Notes: a model not told the origin generated them from the letters alone. Shown: positions 30,018 to 40,249, counted from the first letter of the stretch. The stretch is DNA of 58,596 nucleotides from a bacterium (GCA_037446635.1 JBBIIG010000024.1:1-58596), one strand, 5' to 3'. Numbers and translations: made by a program.

Positions 30018-30149
30018 GGGGCTGTCCAAAAAGTCCATCTGTCACTCCCGCATGTTTTTAGCGGGGTCTATCAGCTGCTGATTTTATGGATGCCTGCTAA
30101 AAACATGCGGGCATGGCATTCAACAAAATTCGCCTTTTGGGACAGCCCC
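30018..30149. mobile_element. MITE/REPIN-like nested palindromic element
   Basis: 16-bp TIR GGGGCTGTCCAAAAAG/CTTTTGGGACAGCCCC (15/16 match); inner IR CCCGCATGTTTTTAGC/GCTAAAAACATGCGGG. Confidence 0.7.
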
Positions 30150-30380
30150 GATTTTCTGGCTTTCGGCGTTGCTTCAATTTTGCCCGCGGTTTACAATTCT
30201 GAATTCCCATTTTGTAATTTCTGGAATCACCTCCTATTTTTTAGCACGTTGCTTTTTCCGTTTAAGTCTCTATTTTGTTTAGAATAGACCACATCGTTTG
30301 AAAGGTGGTATAGCCTTTGCTTTTCGCAGCGCAGTTTTGACATCTTTGGTTAATCATACAAACGTTGCGGGAGGATCCCC

Positions 30381-31358
30381 ATGAAGTCGCTTTCTCTCTC
30401 TTTTCTTTCGATGATGCTTTTGGCGAATATGCTCCACGCCATCGAGAGCGCCGTTATCATCAAAGTCAATGGCAGTTACGGCATCATCAGCCAGGGGGTG
30501 AACCAGGGCATTGAAGAGGGGCAGATTTTTTTTGTGAAACGCGAAACGCCCACCGGTTTAAAGGACGTGGCGCAGGTCAAAGTCATTCGCGCCACCGCCA
30601 ACCGCGCCGCGGTAGAGCAAATATCTCCAATTTCAAAAGGGAGTCTCGAAAAGGGCGACAAGCTTTTTGTCGATCAAAATGCCAGACCGCCCGCACCTAA
30701 ATTGCAAACAAATACGACTCGGCCGCAATTACCGGCAACATCGGGCTCGCAAGCTGCCGCTCCTGTCAAAAAGAACGGCATTGAGCCCATCACCGAACCG
30801 GCCCATAAAAGCCCGGACGTTTCAAGCCTGACGCCTCCTGCAAATTCAAATCGCCGAAAATATGATTTGAAAAAGCCCTGGATCGGCATCAATGTTGGGG
30901 CGATCTTTCCGACCGGCGAACTGTCGAATATTTATTCTCCTAACATGAATATCGGCGCCAGCTATATGGTGGCAGCGGCCAACAATTTTAACTTGGGTGT
31001 GGAGATTAGTAAATCGTTTCTGGGCGGCGAAGTTTCGGGGGCGGCGCTGGAAGGCGGCTCGGTCAGCTCGTCTTCAATTTTGCAGGCATTGGTGGTTTTC
31101 CAAAAGTATTTCGGCGATTACTTTTTTGTTGAAGGCGGCGGCGGAATTTTTCGTCCCAAAATTCAAACGGTTTCCATTGACAATGTTAAGTCCAGTTTCG
31201 CCTCCTCAAATTTTGGTGCGTTTGGCGGCGTCGGATTTTTGGTGCCCACCAGTCCGTACGCGGGATTCACGTTGCGAGGGCGGGTGCACAATTATTTCGA
31301 CCAGACCAGCCGGCAGTATTTTGGTTTAGCCGGGGGATTCCGGTTCAAGATTCATTGA
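30381..31358 (+). CDS. Hypothetical exported protein with Pro-rich linker and C-terminal OMP-like beta-barrel
   Basis: Signal peptide, Gly/aromatic alternating strands, C-terminal GFRFKIH. Confidence 0.65.
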   Translation: MKSLSLSFLSMMLLANMLHAIESAVIIKVNGSYGIISQGVNQGIEEGQIFFVKRETPTGLKDVAQVKVIRATANRAAVEQISPISKGSLEKGDKLFVDQNARPPAPKLQTNTTRPQLPATSGSQAAAPVKKNGIEPITEPAHKSPDVSSLTPPANSNRRKYDLKKPWIGINVGAIFPTGELSNIYSPNMNIGASYMVAAANNFNLGVEISKSFLGGEVSGAALEGGSVSSSSILQALVVFQKYFGDYFFVEGGGGIFRPKIQTVSIDNVKSSFASSNFGAFGGVGFLVPTSPYAGFTLRGRVHNYFDQTSRQYFGLAGGFRFKIH

Positions 31359-31375
31359 GTGAGGAAATGCTCGTT

Positions 31376-31438
31376 AATTGTGAACGGTGAATTGCTAATT
31401 GTCAATTGACAATTCAAAATTCACAATTGACAATTATC
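31376..31438. repeat. Degenerate heptamer (AATTnnn) inverted tandem repeat
   Basis: AATTGTG AACGGTG AATTGCT AATTGTC AATTGAC AATTCAA AATTCAC AATTGAC AATTATC. Confidence 0.65.
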
Positions 31439-31605
31439 TTAATAAGTTCAAGCCGGTGGTCCGGGAGAAAAAAAGAGGTCTCGGCACTATCCGGGGGCCA
31501 GGCAAGAAGAAGGATCAGAAACAATGCCGAGACCTACATTCAGTTAAGGAGGAACATCTACTGAAAAGAGTATCGACGAGACCGAAATTAACTTAAGTGA
31601 TTTTT

Positions 31606-31647
31606 AAAAAACCCGAAAAAATTTTTCGGGTTTTTTTATTTCAAGCC
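31606..31647. terminator. Bidirectional terminator between convergent genes
   Basis: AAAAAACCCGAAAAA...TTTTTCGGGTTTTTTT. Confidence 0.75.
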
Positions 31648-31658
31648 GGCGAGATTTG

Positions 31659-33260
31659 TCAGACCGCGGGATGGAGTGGGGTTGTGTCCCGTAATTTTTG
31701 AATAGTCTTTTTGATCTTTTCCTGGACGTCGTTGCGGTTGGGGTTGAGCTTGATGACCTTTTCCCACTCCCGCAGCGCTTGGTCGTACGCCCCCTGATGC
31801 GCGTAAATCACCGCCATGTTTTCGTAGGCGGGTACGTAGGCGCTGTCCATGCGTTTCACCTTTTCAAACGCCTTGGCGGCTTCGGTGAGCATCTGGTTTC
31901 GGAAATAGGCGTTGCCAAGAAAACTGTAAACCTCGACGCTGTCGGAATAACGAATCAGCGCCTGGCGAAATGCTTCGATGGCGCGTTGATAATTTTTGTT
32001 TTTATAATGCTGGATGCCGTCGTTGAGCAAACGCAGCCGTTCGTTCACCGCTGGCGGCTTTTGAGTTTCGGCGTCGAGAATCGCGCGGGCGCGGCGGATT
32101 CGGCGCTCGAGGTCCGGACGATCGGGCTGGGATTGCAACAGCGCCTGCCACTCTTTGATGGCCAGTTGCAGCACCCCTAAGCGAGAATACACGATGCCGA
32201 GATTTTCGTGCACGCTGAGGTCTCCCGGCTGTTTTTTCTTGTATTGTTCGTAACTGGCCAGCGCCTCAGAATACATGCGATTTTTGAAATAAGCGTTGCC
32301 CAAAATTTTATGGGCGAGGGCGTATTCGGGATCGATTTTCAGCAACTGCTTGAGCTCGAGGATCGCGTCATCGTACTTTTGTTCGCGATACCATGAAATG
32401 GCGCGGCTGAGAATTTGCGCCTTCTGATGAAGGGGGATGGGTTCGGGTTCCAGCGCCGGCGCCGGCAGCGTCTGCTCTTTCTCGAGCGGCGTGAAAGCTT
32501 GCGGCAGGGGGGGGATTTCAAATATCGTGGTGGTTTGCTCGGAAATAGGAGGCAGTCCGAAAATGTTTTCAACAGAATCATTGTCGGTTTCAGCGCTGGG
32601 CGCATCGAGCGAGTCGGTTGCGTCCGGGGCCGTCGCAAAGATTTCGATTTTTTCCGGAAAAGTGAGATCATCAGAAGGCGAGGCCAGGTCGCTTTCTAGA
32701 TTTGGCGGAGTTTGCGGAGCCGTTATAACAAGAGGCGCTTCGCTGCGGATGATATCATAAAACGACTCCGGTTTCAGCGCGTCGCCCTCGGGCGGAAGTT
32801 TGTTGATTTCGTAGAGAATTTCCAACGAGCTTCCGGAATCGATCTCGGTAAGATCATCCATTTGTGTTTGTGCTGCAGTTGGCGGCGGAGTCAGAGTTTC
32901 TGAAGGCGGTCTTTCATCTGCAAGATCTTCACCGCTGTCACCCACGATCGGCGGCGTGTGTTTGGAGGTGGTAACGGCATCGACTTCGGCGCGCAGGGCC
33001 GGCAGGTGCTTTTTTAAAAATTCTTCAATAGCGGAGTCCGAAATGTCTCCAGCCTCCAGGGCCTCGCCATGATCACTCACTTGTTTTTGTAACGGAAAAA
33101 TTTCATCCAAAAAATTTCCCAACACAAAATCGGCTTCAATGGCGGGTGAAAAAAACGCATCGAGTGCAGGCGAGTTTTCTTCCGGCGGCTTCGGCCCAGA
33201 AACGTTCTGGATATCGTTCTTCTTATTTTTGGGTCGTCTTTTTTTTCTGGGTTTGTCCAT
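31659..33260 (-). CDS. TPR protein with long acidic/Pro-rich disordered N-terminal region
   Basis: Two TPR clusters (LGNAYFKN, LGNAYFRN) in the C-terminal half. Confidence 0.8.
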   Translation of the reverse strand: MDKPRKKRRPKNKKNDIQNVSGPKPPEENSPALDAFFSPAIEADFVLGNFLDEIFPLQKQVSDHGEALEAGDISDSAIEEFLKKHLPALRAEVDAVTTSKHTPPIVGDSGEDLADERPPSETLTPPPTAAQTQMDDLTEIDSGSSLEILYEINKLPPEGDALKPESFYDIIRSEAPLVITAPQTPPNLESDLASPSDDLTFPEKIEIFATAPDATDSLDAPSAETDNDSVENIFGLPPISEQTTTIFEIPPLPQAFTPLEKEQTLPAPALEPEPIPLHQKAQILSRAISWYREQKYDDAILELKQLLKIDPEYALAHKILGNAYFKNRMYSEALASYEQYKKKQPGDLSVHENLGIVYSRLGVLQLAIKEWQALLQSQPDRPDLERRIRRARAILDAETQKPPAVNERLRLLNDGIQHYKNKNYQRAIEAFRQALIRYSDSVEVYSFLGNAYFRNQMLTEAAKAFEKVKRMDSAYVPAYENMAVIYAHQGAYDQALREWEKVIKLNPNRNDVQEKIKKTIQKLRDTTPLHPAV

Positions 33261-33266
33261 TTGAGT

Positions 33267-34034
33267 TTAGGCTTCTACTTTAAGATTTTCAGGGGCGAGG
33301 CGCTGCACGTAGTTCTTTTCAATGCTGCCGAAAAAGATGGGGTAATCGGTTTTTTTGAACAAATGTTCGGAGAGCAATTTTGCGCCAATCGGATTGCTGT
33401 CGGTTTTGTTGATGAAGATTCGCACCGCGGCGCGCAGGGGAACGTTTCGCAAATAACTTTGCGGCGAAAGCAACTCGCCGGAAATGAGTTCCGGTGTGAG
33501 GGTCGCGCCGAAGGGCAGGCTCCATTTTTGAGAAAAAAGCTCGGCGCGATGCACGTGCTTTTCATTCAACGGTTGGCCCACCACATCGGCGCCGCAGATG
33601 ATGATGACGCTGGTGACGAAGGGGGGGATCACCGGCTCGTAATCTTTGTGCGTTTTTAACGAGCGCTGCCGGCTGCCGTCGGCTTCAATCAAAATCACAT
33701 CCGCAATTTTCGCCAATTCTTGAACCGTGAGGATGTTCACCCCGATTAGGCGATCTTTTTCATAATAGTCTTTCGCCACCTGCGCGATGTTGAGCTCGTC
33801 GAGCAGAATTTTTAACTCGGAAAGATAAGTGCGCCCGTCTCGCACCATCACGAGGCCGGTCTGCGGGAACGGCTGAAATTTGGTAGTGCTGGTCAAAACC
33901 ACGCGCAGATTTTCCTGCGCCAACTCGCGCCCGAGCTTTTGCAAAAGCGAAGACTTGCCGCCTCCCCCGATGACGGCCACAATTTGACCTTTTATTCGCT
34001 TGAGGTCATCGTGTATTAGGCGATAAAACGACAT
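33267..34034 (-). CDS. yqeC: Selenium-dependent hydroxylase accessory protein YqeC
   Basis: GGGGKSSL, VVLTSTTK, LIEADGSR..LK...EPVIP. Confidence 0.82.
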   Translation of the reverse strand: MSFYRLIHDDLKRIKGQIVAVIGGGGKSSLLQKLGRELAQENLRVVLTSTTKFQPFPQTGLVMVRDGRTYLSELKILLDELNIAQVAKDYYEKDRLIGVNILTVQELAKIADVILIEADGSRQRSLKTHKDYEPVIPPFVTSVIIICGADVVGQPLNEKHVHRAELFSQKWSLPFGATLTPELISGELLSPQSYLRNVPLRAAVRIFINKTDSNPIGAKLLSEHLFKKTDYPIFFGSIEKNYVQRLAPENLKVEA

Positions 34035-34309
34035 CCGATTCGGTGTATATGTTTTTTAAAAAACTTCGTGTTCTTTGTGATGAATAAGTCAGGTTAGATA
34101 TTTGCGCCCAAATTAAAATATTTTTCAAAAAAAGCAACCTGCGCTGCGCTCGCTAAGAGCGTGATTATCTCCGAAATTTTACTTGATTGTATGTGATTAA
34201 ATTTTAAATTACACTCTAACTTTATATGCAAAAGTGTGTTATAGCGTAATTTTCCCTTACCAAATTTGTGACCAGGCGGATTTAAATTTAAAATTGACAG
34301 GAGACTCGT

Positions 34310-35512
34310 ATGGCGAATAGTCACATCGAAAATGCGGTGAAACATTTTGGAAAGCTGTTGGAACAACAGCTTCAACGAATTGAGGCGATGAAGAAAGGGG
34401 GAGATTGGATCGATTATTCCAACCTTAAGCCGATTATCATCGGCATCGTGGGCGGCGATGGCATCGGGCCGTTCATCGCTGCGGAATCCCAGCGCATTTT
34501 GGAATTTCTTTTAAAAGAGGAAGCGCAAGCCGGCAAAGTGGAGTTTCGCGTTATCGAGGGGCTGACCATTGAACGGCGCGCCGAAGTTTGCAAAGCCATT
34601 CCCGATGACGTGCTGGCGGAACTGAAAAAATGCCACGTGATTTTGAAGGGCCCCACCACTACTCCGCGCAAAGGCGATCCCTGGCCTAATGTCGAAAGCG
34701 CCAATGTCGCCATGCGCAAAGAACTGGATTTATTTGCCAACGTGCGCCCGGTAAAAGTCCCATCGGAGGGCATTGACTGGGTTTTCTTTCGTGAAAACAC
34801 CGAGGGCGCGTATGCCCTGGGCAGCAGCGGCGTGAACGTTACCGATGATTTGGCTGTGGACTTCACAGTGGCCACCTCGCCCGCTACCGAACGGTTGATT
34901 CGGTTGGCGTTTGAGTACGCGAAAAAAAATAACGTCGATCGCGTCACCCTCGTCACCAAAGCCAACGTCGTGAAAACCACCGACGGCAAATTTTTAGACA
35001 TCGGCTACCGCATTGCCAAAGAATATCCCGGCATCAAATGCGACGACTGGTATATCGATATCATGACCGCCAAGTTAGTGGATCGCAAACGGCGGACGGA
35101 GTTTAAAGTTTTTGCGCTGCCCAATCTTTACGGCGACATTTTAACCGACGAAGCCGCCGAGTTCCAGGGCGGCGTGGGCACCGCTGGCAGCGCCAACATC
35201 GGCAAACGATACGCCATGTTCGAGGCCATTCACGGCAGCGCGCCGCGCATGGTGCAGGAAGGCCGCGCCCGGTACGCCGATCCCGCCAGTATGATTCGCG
35301 CCGCCGCCATGCTCCTTCGCCACATCGGCTATGTTGACCGCGCCGTAAAGTTGGAAATGGCGCTGGATATTTGCGGACTGTTCGAAAAGAAAAAAGTCAT
35401 CACCGGCCGCAGCCAAGGCGCCACGTCTAAAGAATATGCCGACTACGTGATGGAGACGCTGCAAGATCCTAAACTCGAACAGCGCTGGCGGGAATATTCT
35501 GAAGCAAAGTAA
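34310..35512 (+). CDS. Isocitrate/isopropylmalate dehydrogenase family (probable isocitrate dehydrogenase)
   Basis: GDGIGP, KGPTTTP, RENTEG.Y, NLYGDILTD, FEAIHGSAP; adjacent to citrate synthase. Confidence 0.88.
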   Translation: MANSHIENAVKHFGKLLEQQLQRIEAMKKGGDWIDYSNLKPIIIGIVGGDGIGPFIAAESQRILEFLLKEEAQAGKVEFRVIEGLTIERRAEVCKAIPDDVLAELKKCHVILKGPTTTPRKGDPWPNVESANVAMRKELDLFANVRPVKVPSEGIDWVFFRENTEGAYALGSSGVNVTDDLAVDFTVATSPATERLIRLAFEYAKKNNVDRVTLVTKANVVKTTDGKFLDIGYRIAKEYPGIKCDDWYIDIMTAKLVDRKRRTEFKVFALPNLYGDILTDEAAEFQGGVGTAGSANIGKRYAMFEAIHGSAPRMVQEGRARYADPASMIRAAAMLLRHIGYVDRAVKLEMALDICGLFEKKKVITGRSQGATSKEYADYVMETLQDPKLEQRWREYSEAK

Positions 35513-35538
35513 ACAAACATTCCAAAATTGAGGATTGA

Positions 35539-36789
35539 ATGCCCATAAAAGAAATAGACGAAGTGATTCGACAGGCCGCCATCAAAGCGGCGCAAGAAAC
35601 CAACGACGAACCCGAACCAGGAATGACCCAGGAGCCGGCCTGGCCGGTTGAGGTTAAGATAGGCAAGGGGCTGGAAGGCGCCATCGCCAACGCTACCAAA
35701 ATTGGTTATGTGAACGGCGCCAAAGGCTGGCTCGTGTACCGCGGGTTCAATTGTTTCGATCTCGCCGAAGAATCGACGTTCGAAGAGACCGCTTATTTGC
35801 TGCTTTTCGGAAAACTGCCCACCGCTTCTGAACTTCAGGATTTTAACCAAAAATTACTTGACCACCGGCGGGTGCCGCAGCAAGTCTTGAAAGTGCTGCA
35901 AATGGTGATGAAACCGCACACCCACCCCATGTCGGCGATGCAAAGTGGGGTCGCTATTTTAGCCAACTTTGATGAAGACGCCAACGACACCTCGTTAGCC
36001 GGTGAAACCGAAATCGCCATCAAGCTCATCGCGCAATTTGCGACGCTGGCGGGAGCCATCGCGCGCATTCGCCAGGGACTTCCGCCGCTGGCGCCCGATC
36101 TCGAATTGAGCCACGCCGGCAATTTGCTCTACATGATGACCGGCAAAAAACCCGATGCCTTTAGCGAGCGCGCGATGGATGTGGCGCTGATTCTCCACGC
36201 CGATCACGGCATGAACGCTTCCACTTTCACCACGATGGTGGTTAATTCTTCTCTTGCGGATATGTACAGCTCCATCGTCGCCGGACTCGGCAGCTTGAAG
36301 GGCCCGCTGCACGGCGGCGCCAACGAGCAGGTGGTTTATACCCTGCAGGAAATTGGCAGCTCTGAAAACGTGAAAGAGTGGTATCGAAAAGCGCGGGAAG
36401 ACAAGCGCAAAATCATGGGCTTCGGGCATCGGGTGTACAAAGCTTACGACCCCCGCGCCCGCATTTTCGGCCCCATTGCTAAACTGATGGCCGAGCGCAA
36501 CCCGGCCATTCGCAATCTGTATGAAACCGCCGTCGAGTTGGAACGGGTGGTCTGCAGCGATTTATCGGAACAGAAAAAAATCTTCCCCAACGTGGACTAC
36601 TTTTCCGGCATCATTTACAGCGCTCTGGGCATTGAGCCCGCGATGTTTACCACGATTTTTGCGGTAAGCCGGGTGGCCGGCTGGACCGCTCGCGCCTTGG
36701 AGTACCTCGCCGACAACCGGCTGTTCCGGCCTCGCGCCGTGTACATTGGGCCGATCAAATCGGAGTATGTACCGATGGAGAAGAGATAA
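35539..36789 (+). CDS. Citrate synthase
   Basis: LHADHGMNAST, GPLHGGAN, MGFGHRVYK, PNVDY. Confidence 0.95.
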   Translation: MPIKEIDEVIRQAAIKAAQETNDEPEPGMTQEPAWPVEVKIGKGLEGAIANATKIGYVNGAKGWLVYRGFNCFDLAEESTFEETAYLLLFGKLPTASELQDFNQKLLDHRRVPQQVLKVLQMVMKPHTHPMSAMQSGVAILANFDEDANDTSLAGETEIAIKLIAQFATLAGAIARIRQGLPPLAPDLELSHAGNLLYMMTGKKPDAFSERAMDVALILHADHGMNASTFTTMVVNSSLADMYSSIVAGLGSLKGPLHGGANEQVVYTLQEIGSSENVKEWYRKAREDKRKIMGFGHRVYKAYDPRARIFGPIAKLMAERNPAIRNLYETAVELERVVCSDLSEQKKIFPNVDYFSGIIYSALGIEPAMFTTIFAVSRVAGWTARALEYLADNRLFRPRAVYIGPIKSEYVPMEKR

Positions 36790-36820
36790 ACAAATCGAAT
36801 CGCAACCATGACCGTTAAGC

Positions 36821-36853
36821 AAAGGGAGTTAGAATTTTTAGGACTCCCTTTTT
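36821..36853 (+). terminator. Rho-independent terminator
   Basis: AGGGAGT/ACTCCCT stem plus T-run. Confidence 0.7.
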
Positions 36854-36887
36854 GTTTTGAGTCTGCTGCCAGTTATGGAGGAACGAG

Positions 36888-37436
36888 ATGAATCGGGTCT
36901 CGAAACGAAACAAATACGATCACAAAGATTCACTGGAAATTGGTGACAGCGCTCAGAACCAATTTGCCAAAATTGCGCGGCGAAAAAGTTGGCGGGTTAC
37001 CCCGGCGCCCGGCGAATGCGACCGCAACGAGCACTGGGATTTTTTGATTGAAAAAGGAGAGCGCTGCTTCCGGGTTGATGTCAAATCGCGCAAACGCATT
37101 GGCCGGCGAGACGCCTCATTTCAAGATGAATGGATTTGGATCGAGCTGCACAGCGTTCGCAAAAATGACGCCGGCTGGCTGTACGGCGGCAGCTCAGATT
37201 TAATTGCGTTCGAAACCAAAGACTCGTTTGTGATGGTGCAGCGCAGCGACCTGATTCAGCTCGTGGAAAAGTTGGTTGATTTCAAAAGCCGCGTCTCCAC
37301 TTCAAAAGAAGCGAAATACAAAATCTACAGCCGGAACGGCCGCCCAGATAAAATTACTCTGATTGAATTGGAGAAAGTGAAGACGTTGAAATTTGCAGAG
37401 TGGAAAAAATTTAGACACGAAGAAATGAAAGGGTAA
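36888..37436 (+). CDS. Hypothetical protein, PD-(D/E)xK nuclease-like
   Basis: G..A...F, HWDF...VDVKSRK, WIEL pattern; RBS GGAGG. Confidence 0.6.
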   Translation: MNRVSKRNKYDHKDSLEIGDSAQNQFAKIARRKSWRVTPAPGECDRNEHWDFLIEKGERCFRVDVKSRKRIGRRDASFQDEWIWIELHSVRKNDAGWLYGGSSDLIAFETKDSFVMVQRSDLIQLVEKLVDFKSRVSTSKEAKYKIYSRNGRPDKITLIELEKVKTLKFAEWKKFRHEEMKG

Positions 37437-37441
37437 CAACG

Positions 37442-38689
37442 ATGAACGTACTCGTCCTCAATTGCGGCTCCGCCACCGTAAAATTTCAAATCATCGAGAC
37501 CGATCTCGAGCTCATCAAGCAGGATAAAGATCGCCGCCTCGCCAGCGGCATCCTCGAACGCATCGGCAGCCACAGCCTTATCACATTTCAAGCCGAGGGC
37601 CAGCCCAAAGTAAAAATGGATGCGCCCTTGCGCGATCACCGCGCCGCCGTCGATGCCATCCTGCGCTGGATCATTTCCCCCGAATCCAAAATCGATCAGA
37701 TTAAATCTATGGCGGATATTCACGCCGTGGGGCACCGCGTGGTGCACGGCGGCGAAAAATTTAAAATGTCCGTGAAGATCGATCAAGACGTCATCGCTGG
37801 CATCGAGGATTGCATTGAGTTGGCGCCGCTGCACAATCCCGCCAACCTCAAAGGCATTCGCGCGACTCTTGAGGTTTTGGGCGAAGGCATTCCGCAGGTG
37901 GCCATTTTTGATACCGCGTATCACTCCACTATGCCGCCCACTTCATACATTTACGGCATTCCGTATCAGTATTATCGCCGTTATAAAATCCGCCGCTACG
38001 GATTTCACGGCACGTCGCATCGCTACATCGCATATCGATACCGACAAATCAATCACCTGAAGCCGGAGCAGGTGAACATCATTTCTCTGCATCTCGGAAA
38101 TGGCTGCTCCGCGTGCGCCATCAAAAACGGGCAATCGTTTGACACCTCGATGGGCTTCACGCCGCTGGAAGGATTGCTGATGGGAACCCGCGCCGGCGAC
38201 CTCGACGCTTCCGTTCTTGAATATTTATTTCATAAAGAGGGCATGAACTTCAATCAAATTGATGACTTGCTGAACAAGCGCTCCGGCTTGCTGGGGATCT
38301 CCGGTTTAACCGGCGATATGCGGGAGCTGCTGGAGGAGGAAACCGAGCATCAGGATCGGCGGGCGCGGCTGGCGATTGATATCTTTTGTGCGCGGGCGAA
38401 AGAATACATCGGCGCTTATTTTGCCGGCATGGGCGGCGCCGATGCCGTGGTGTTCACCGGCGGCATCGGCGAAAATGCGCCGGTCATTCGCGAGCGGATA
38501 TGCAGTGGACTCGAATGTCTGGGGCTAACCCTCAATCCGGAAGCAAACAAAACTCTCTTTGGCGGACGCAGCGGCAAGATCAGCGAGGACGCCAGCAAGT
38601 TGGGCGCGTACGTCATCCCCACTAACGAAGAACTGCTGATTGCTCGCGATACGGTGCGCGTGGTGATGAATGCGCCGCGAAGGTGGTGA
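37442..38689 (+). CDS. ackA: Acetate kinase
   Basis: LVLNCGS, GHRVVHGG, APLHNP, YGFHGTSH, HLGNG, TGGIGEN, TNEEL. Confidence 0.96.
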   Translation: MNVLVLNCGSATVKFQIIETDLELIKQDKDRRLASGILERIGSHSLITFQAEGQPKVKMDAPLRDHRAAVDAILRWIISPESKIDQIKSMADIHAVGHRVVHGGEKFKMSVKIDQDVIAGIEDCIELAPLHNPANLKGIRATLEVLGEGIPQVAIFDTAYHSTMPPTSYIYGIPYQYYRRYKIRRYGFHGTSHRYIAYRYRQINHLKPEQVNIISLHLGNGCSACAIKNGQSFDTSMGFTPLEGLLMGTRAGDLDASVLEYLFHKEGMNFNQIDDLLNKRSGLLGISGLTGDMRELLEEETEHQDRRARLAIDIFCARAKEYIGAYFAGMGGADAVVFTGGIGENAPVIRERICSGLECLGLTLNPEANKTLFGGRSGKISEDASKLGAYVIPTNEELLIARDTVRVVMNAPRRW

Positions 38690-38732
38690 TTCGCGAAGCA
38701 ATCGCGTGAAAGGCGGCTCGACTGGCAAGCGC

Positions 38733-39161
38733 TTAAACTCGTTCCCAATCCTCAATTTCACCCGGCACAATTTCAAATAGCGGATGAATATCGGGACTAA
38801 CAATTATCTTGTTTGTTTCATATAAAACCGGAGATCTGATTTTCAATTTGCTCAATAGATGCTTCCACTCATACTCAATCTGACCGCTATTTACTTTGAT
38901 TTTCTGACACGGTCCGAACTTCATGATTTTAGAGTTATTAAACCGATACCCCCGACGGTCAGCCTCATGCGCGATTTCGTTCAGATAGCACCCAATGGCT
39001 AAAACCTGATCGGAACAGGCGCGGAATCTTATCAACTGGGGGTGAAATCTATACCCTTTTGTCTGACCAAGCAGAACCTTCTGTGCCAGTAAACCCTCAC
39101 GCCAAAGAGCAACCAAGCCCACTGTGTCCAAGTAAGTTGGACTGATTGACCAAAGACGCAT
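38733..39161 (-). CDS. Pyrimidine dimer DNA glycosylase / endonuclease V-like family protein
   Basis: MRLWSISPTYLD..GLVALWREGLLAQ..L.G.TKGY..HPQL.RF; lower GC; opposite strand to neighbours. Confidence 0.8.
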   Translation of the reverse strand: MRLWSISPTYLDTVGLVALWREGLLAQKVLLGQTKGYRFHPQLIRFRACSDQVLAIGCYLNEIAHEADRRGYRFNNSKIMKFGPCQKIKVNSGQIEYEWKHLLSKLKIRSPVLYETNKIIVSPDIHPLFEIVPGEIEDWERV

Positions 39162-39313
39162 AAGTTTCCTCTGTTCCTTTTTTCTTGCAATGCGTATTCT
39201 TGGGAGAATACAAAAGAGACTTTGTCGAATCAAGCGAATATTTTCGCTTGCATTTCCCTTCAATAAAAACTATTTTTATCCCACTAACAAATTTGAAAGG
39301 TAGGATTTAGCGA

Positions 39314-40249
39314 ATGTCGAACTCAGAGGTGAGAAAAGTGATTATCATTGGCTCCGGGCCCGCGGGTTACACAGCGGCCATTTATAACGCCCGCGCGATG
39401 CTCAACCCGCTGATGTTTGCCGGCGCCCAACCCGGTGGCCAATTGACTTTAACTACTGATGTTGAAAATTATCCCGGGTTTCCCAACGGCATTCAAGGCC
39501 CGGAATTGATGGAAAACATGCGGCTGCAGGCAGAACGTTTCGGTGCCGAAGTGGTGTGGGACGCCGTCACCAAAGTGGATTTTTCGCAGCGGCCGTTTTC
39601 GGTTTTCGTGAGCGATAAAGAGTATAAGGCTCATGCTGTGATCATCGCTTCCGGCGCGTCGGCGAAATTGCTGGGACTGGAATCGGAGAGGAAGCTACTA
39701 GGCTACGGTGTCTCCACCTGCGCGGTGTGCGATGGCGCGTTTTTCCGCGACAAAGAGTTGGTGGTGGTCGGCGGCGGCGACACCGCGATGGAAGACTCGA
39801 ACTTCCTTACCAGGTTTGCGCGCAAGGTGGAGATTGTGCATCGCCGCGAGGAATTGCGGGCATCGAAAATCATGCAGGAGCGCGCGTTCAAAAATCCCAA
39901 AATCAGTTTTATCTGGAACAGCACCGTTGAGGAAATTCACGACCCAGAAAAAAAGAATGTGACCGGCGTAACGCTGCGGAATTTGAAAACCGGCGAGAAG
40001 ATGGAAAAAAAAGTGGACGGCGTGTTCATCGCTATTGGCCATCAGCCGAACACGGAAATTTTCAAAGGCCAAATCGAAATGGATGACGTGGGATACATCA
40101 AAACCAAACAGCGCACGATGACGAACATTGAAGGCGTGTTCGCCGCCGGCGATGTCGTGGATCATTATTATCGTCAGGCCATCACCGCCGCGGGCATGGG
40201 CTGCATGGCCGCCATCGATGCCGAGAGATGGTTGCAAGCGCACGAATGA
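39314..40249 (+). CDS. trxB: Thioredoxin-disulfide reductase
   Basis: GSGPAG, CAVCDG, GGGDTA, YRQAITAAG. Confidence 0.96.
   Translation: MSNSEVRKVIIIGSGPAGYTAAIYNARAMLNPLMFAGAQPGGQLTLTTDVENYPGFPNGIQGPELMENMRLQAERFGAEVVWDAVTKVDFSQRPFSVFVSDKEYKAHAVIIASGASAKLLGLESERKLLGYGVSTCAVCDGAFFRDKELVVVGGGDTAMEDSNFLTRFARKVEIVHRREELRASKIMQERAFKNPKISFIWNSTVEEIHDPEKKNVTGVTLRNLKTGEKMEKKVDGVFIAIGHQPNTEIFKGQIEMDDVGYIKTKQRTMTNIEGVFAAGDVVDHYYRQAITAAGMGCMAAIDAERWLQAHE

Noticed and set aside
30090..30287. 65-aa ORF
   Set aside because: Starts inside the MITE-like palindrome; no RBS or coding features
31376..31438. CRISPR array
   Set aside because: 7-nt degenerate units without spacers; no cas genes
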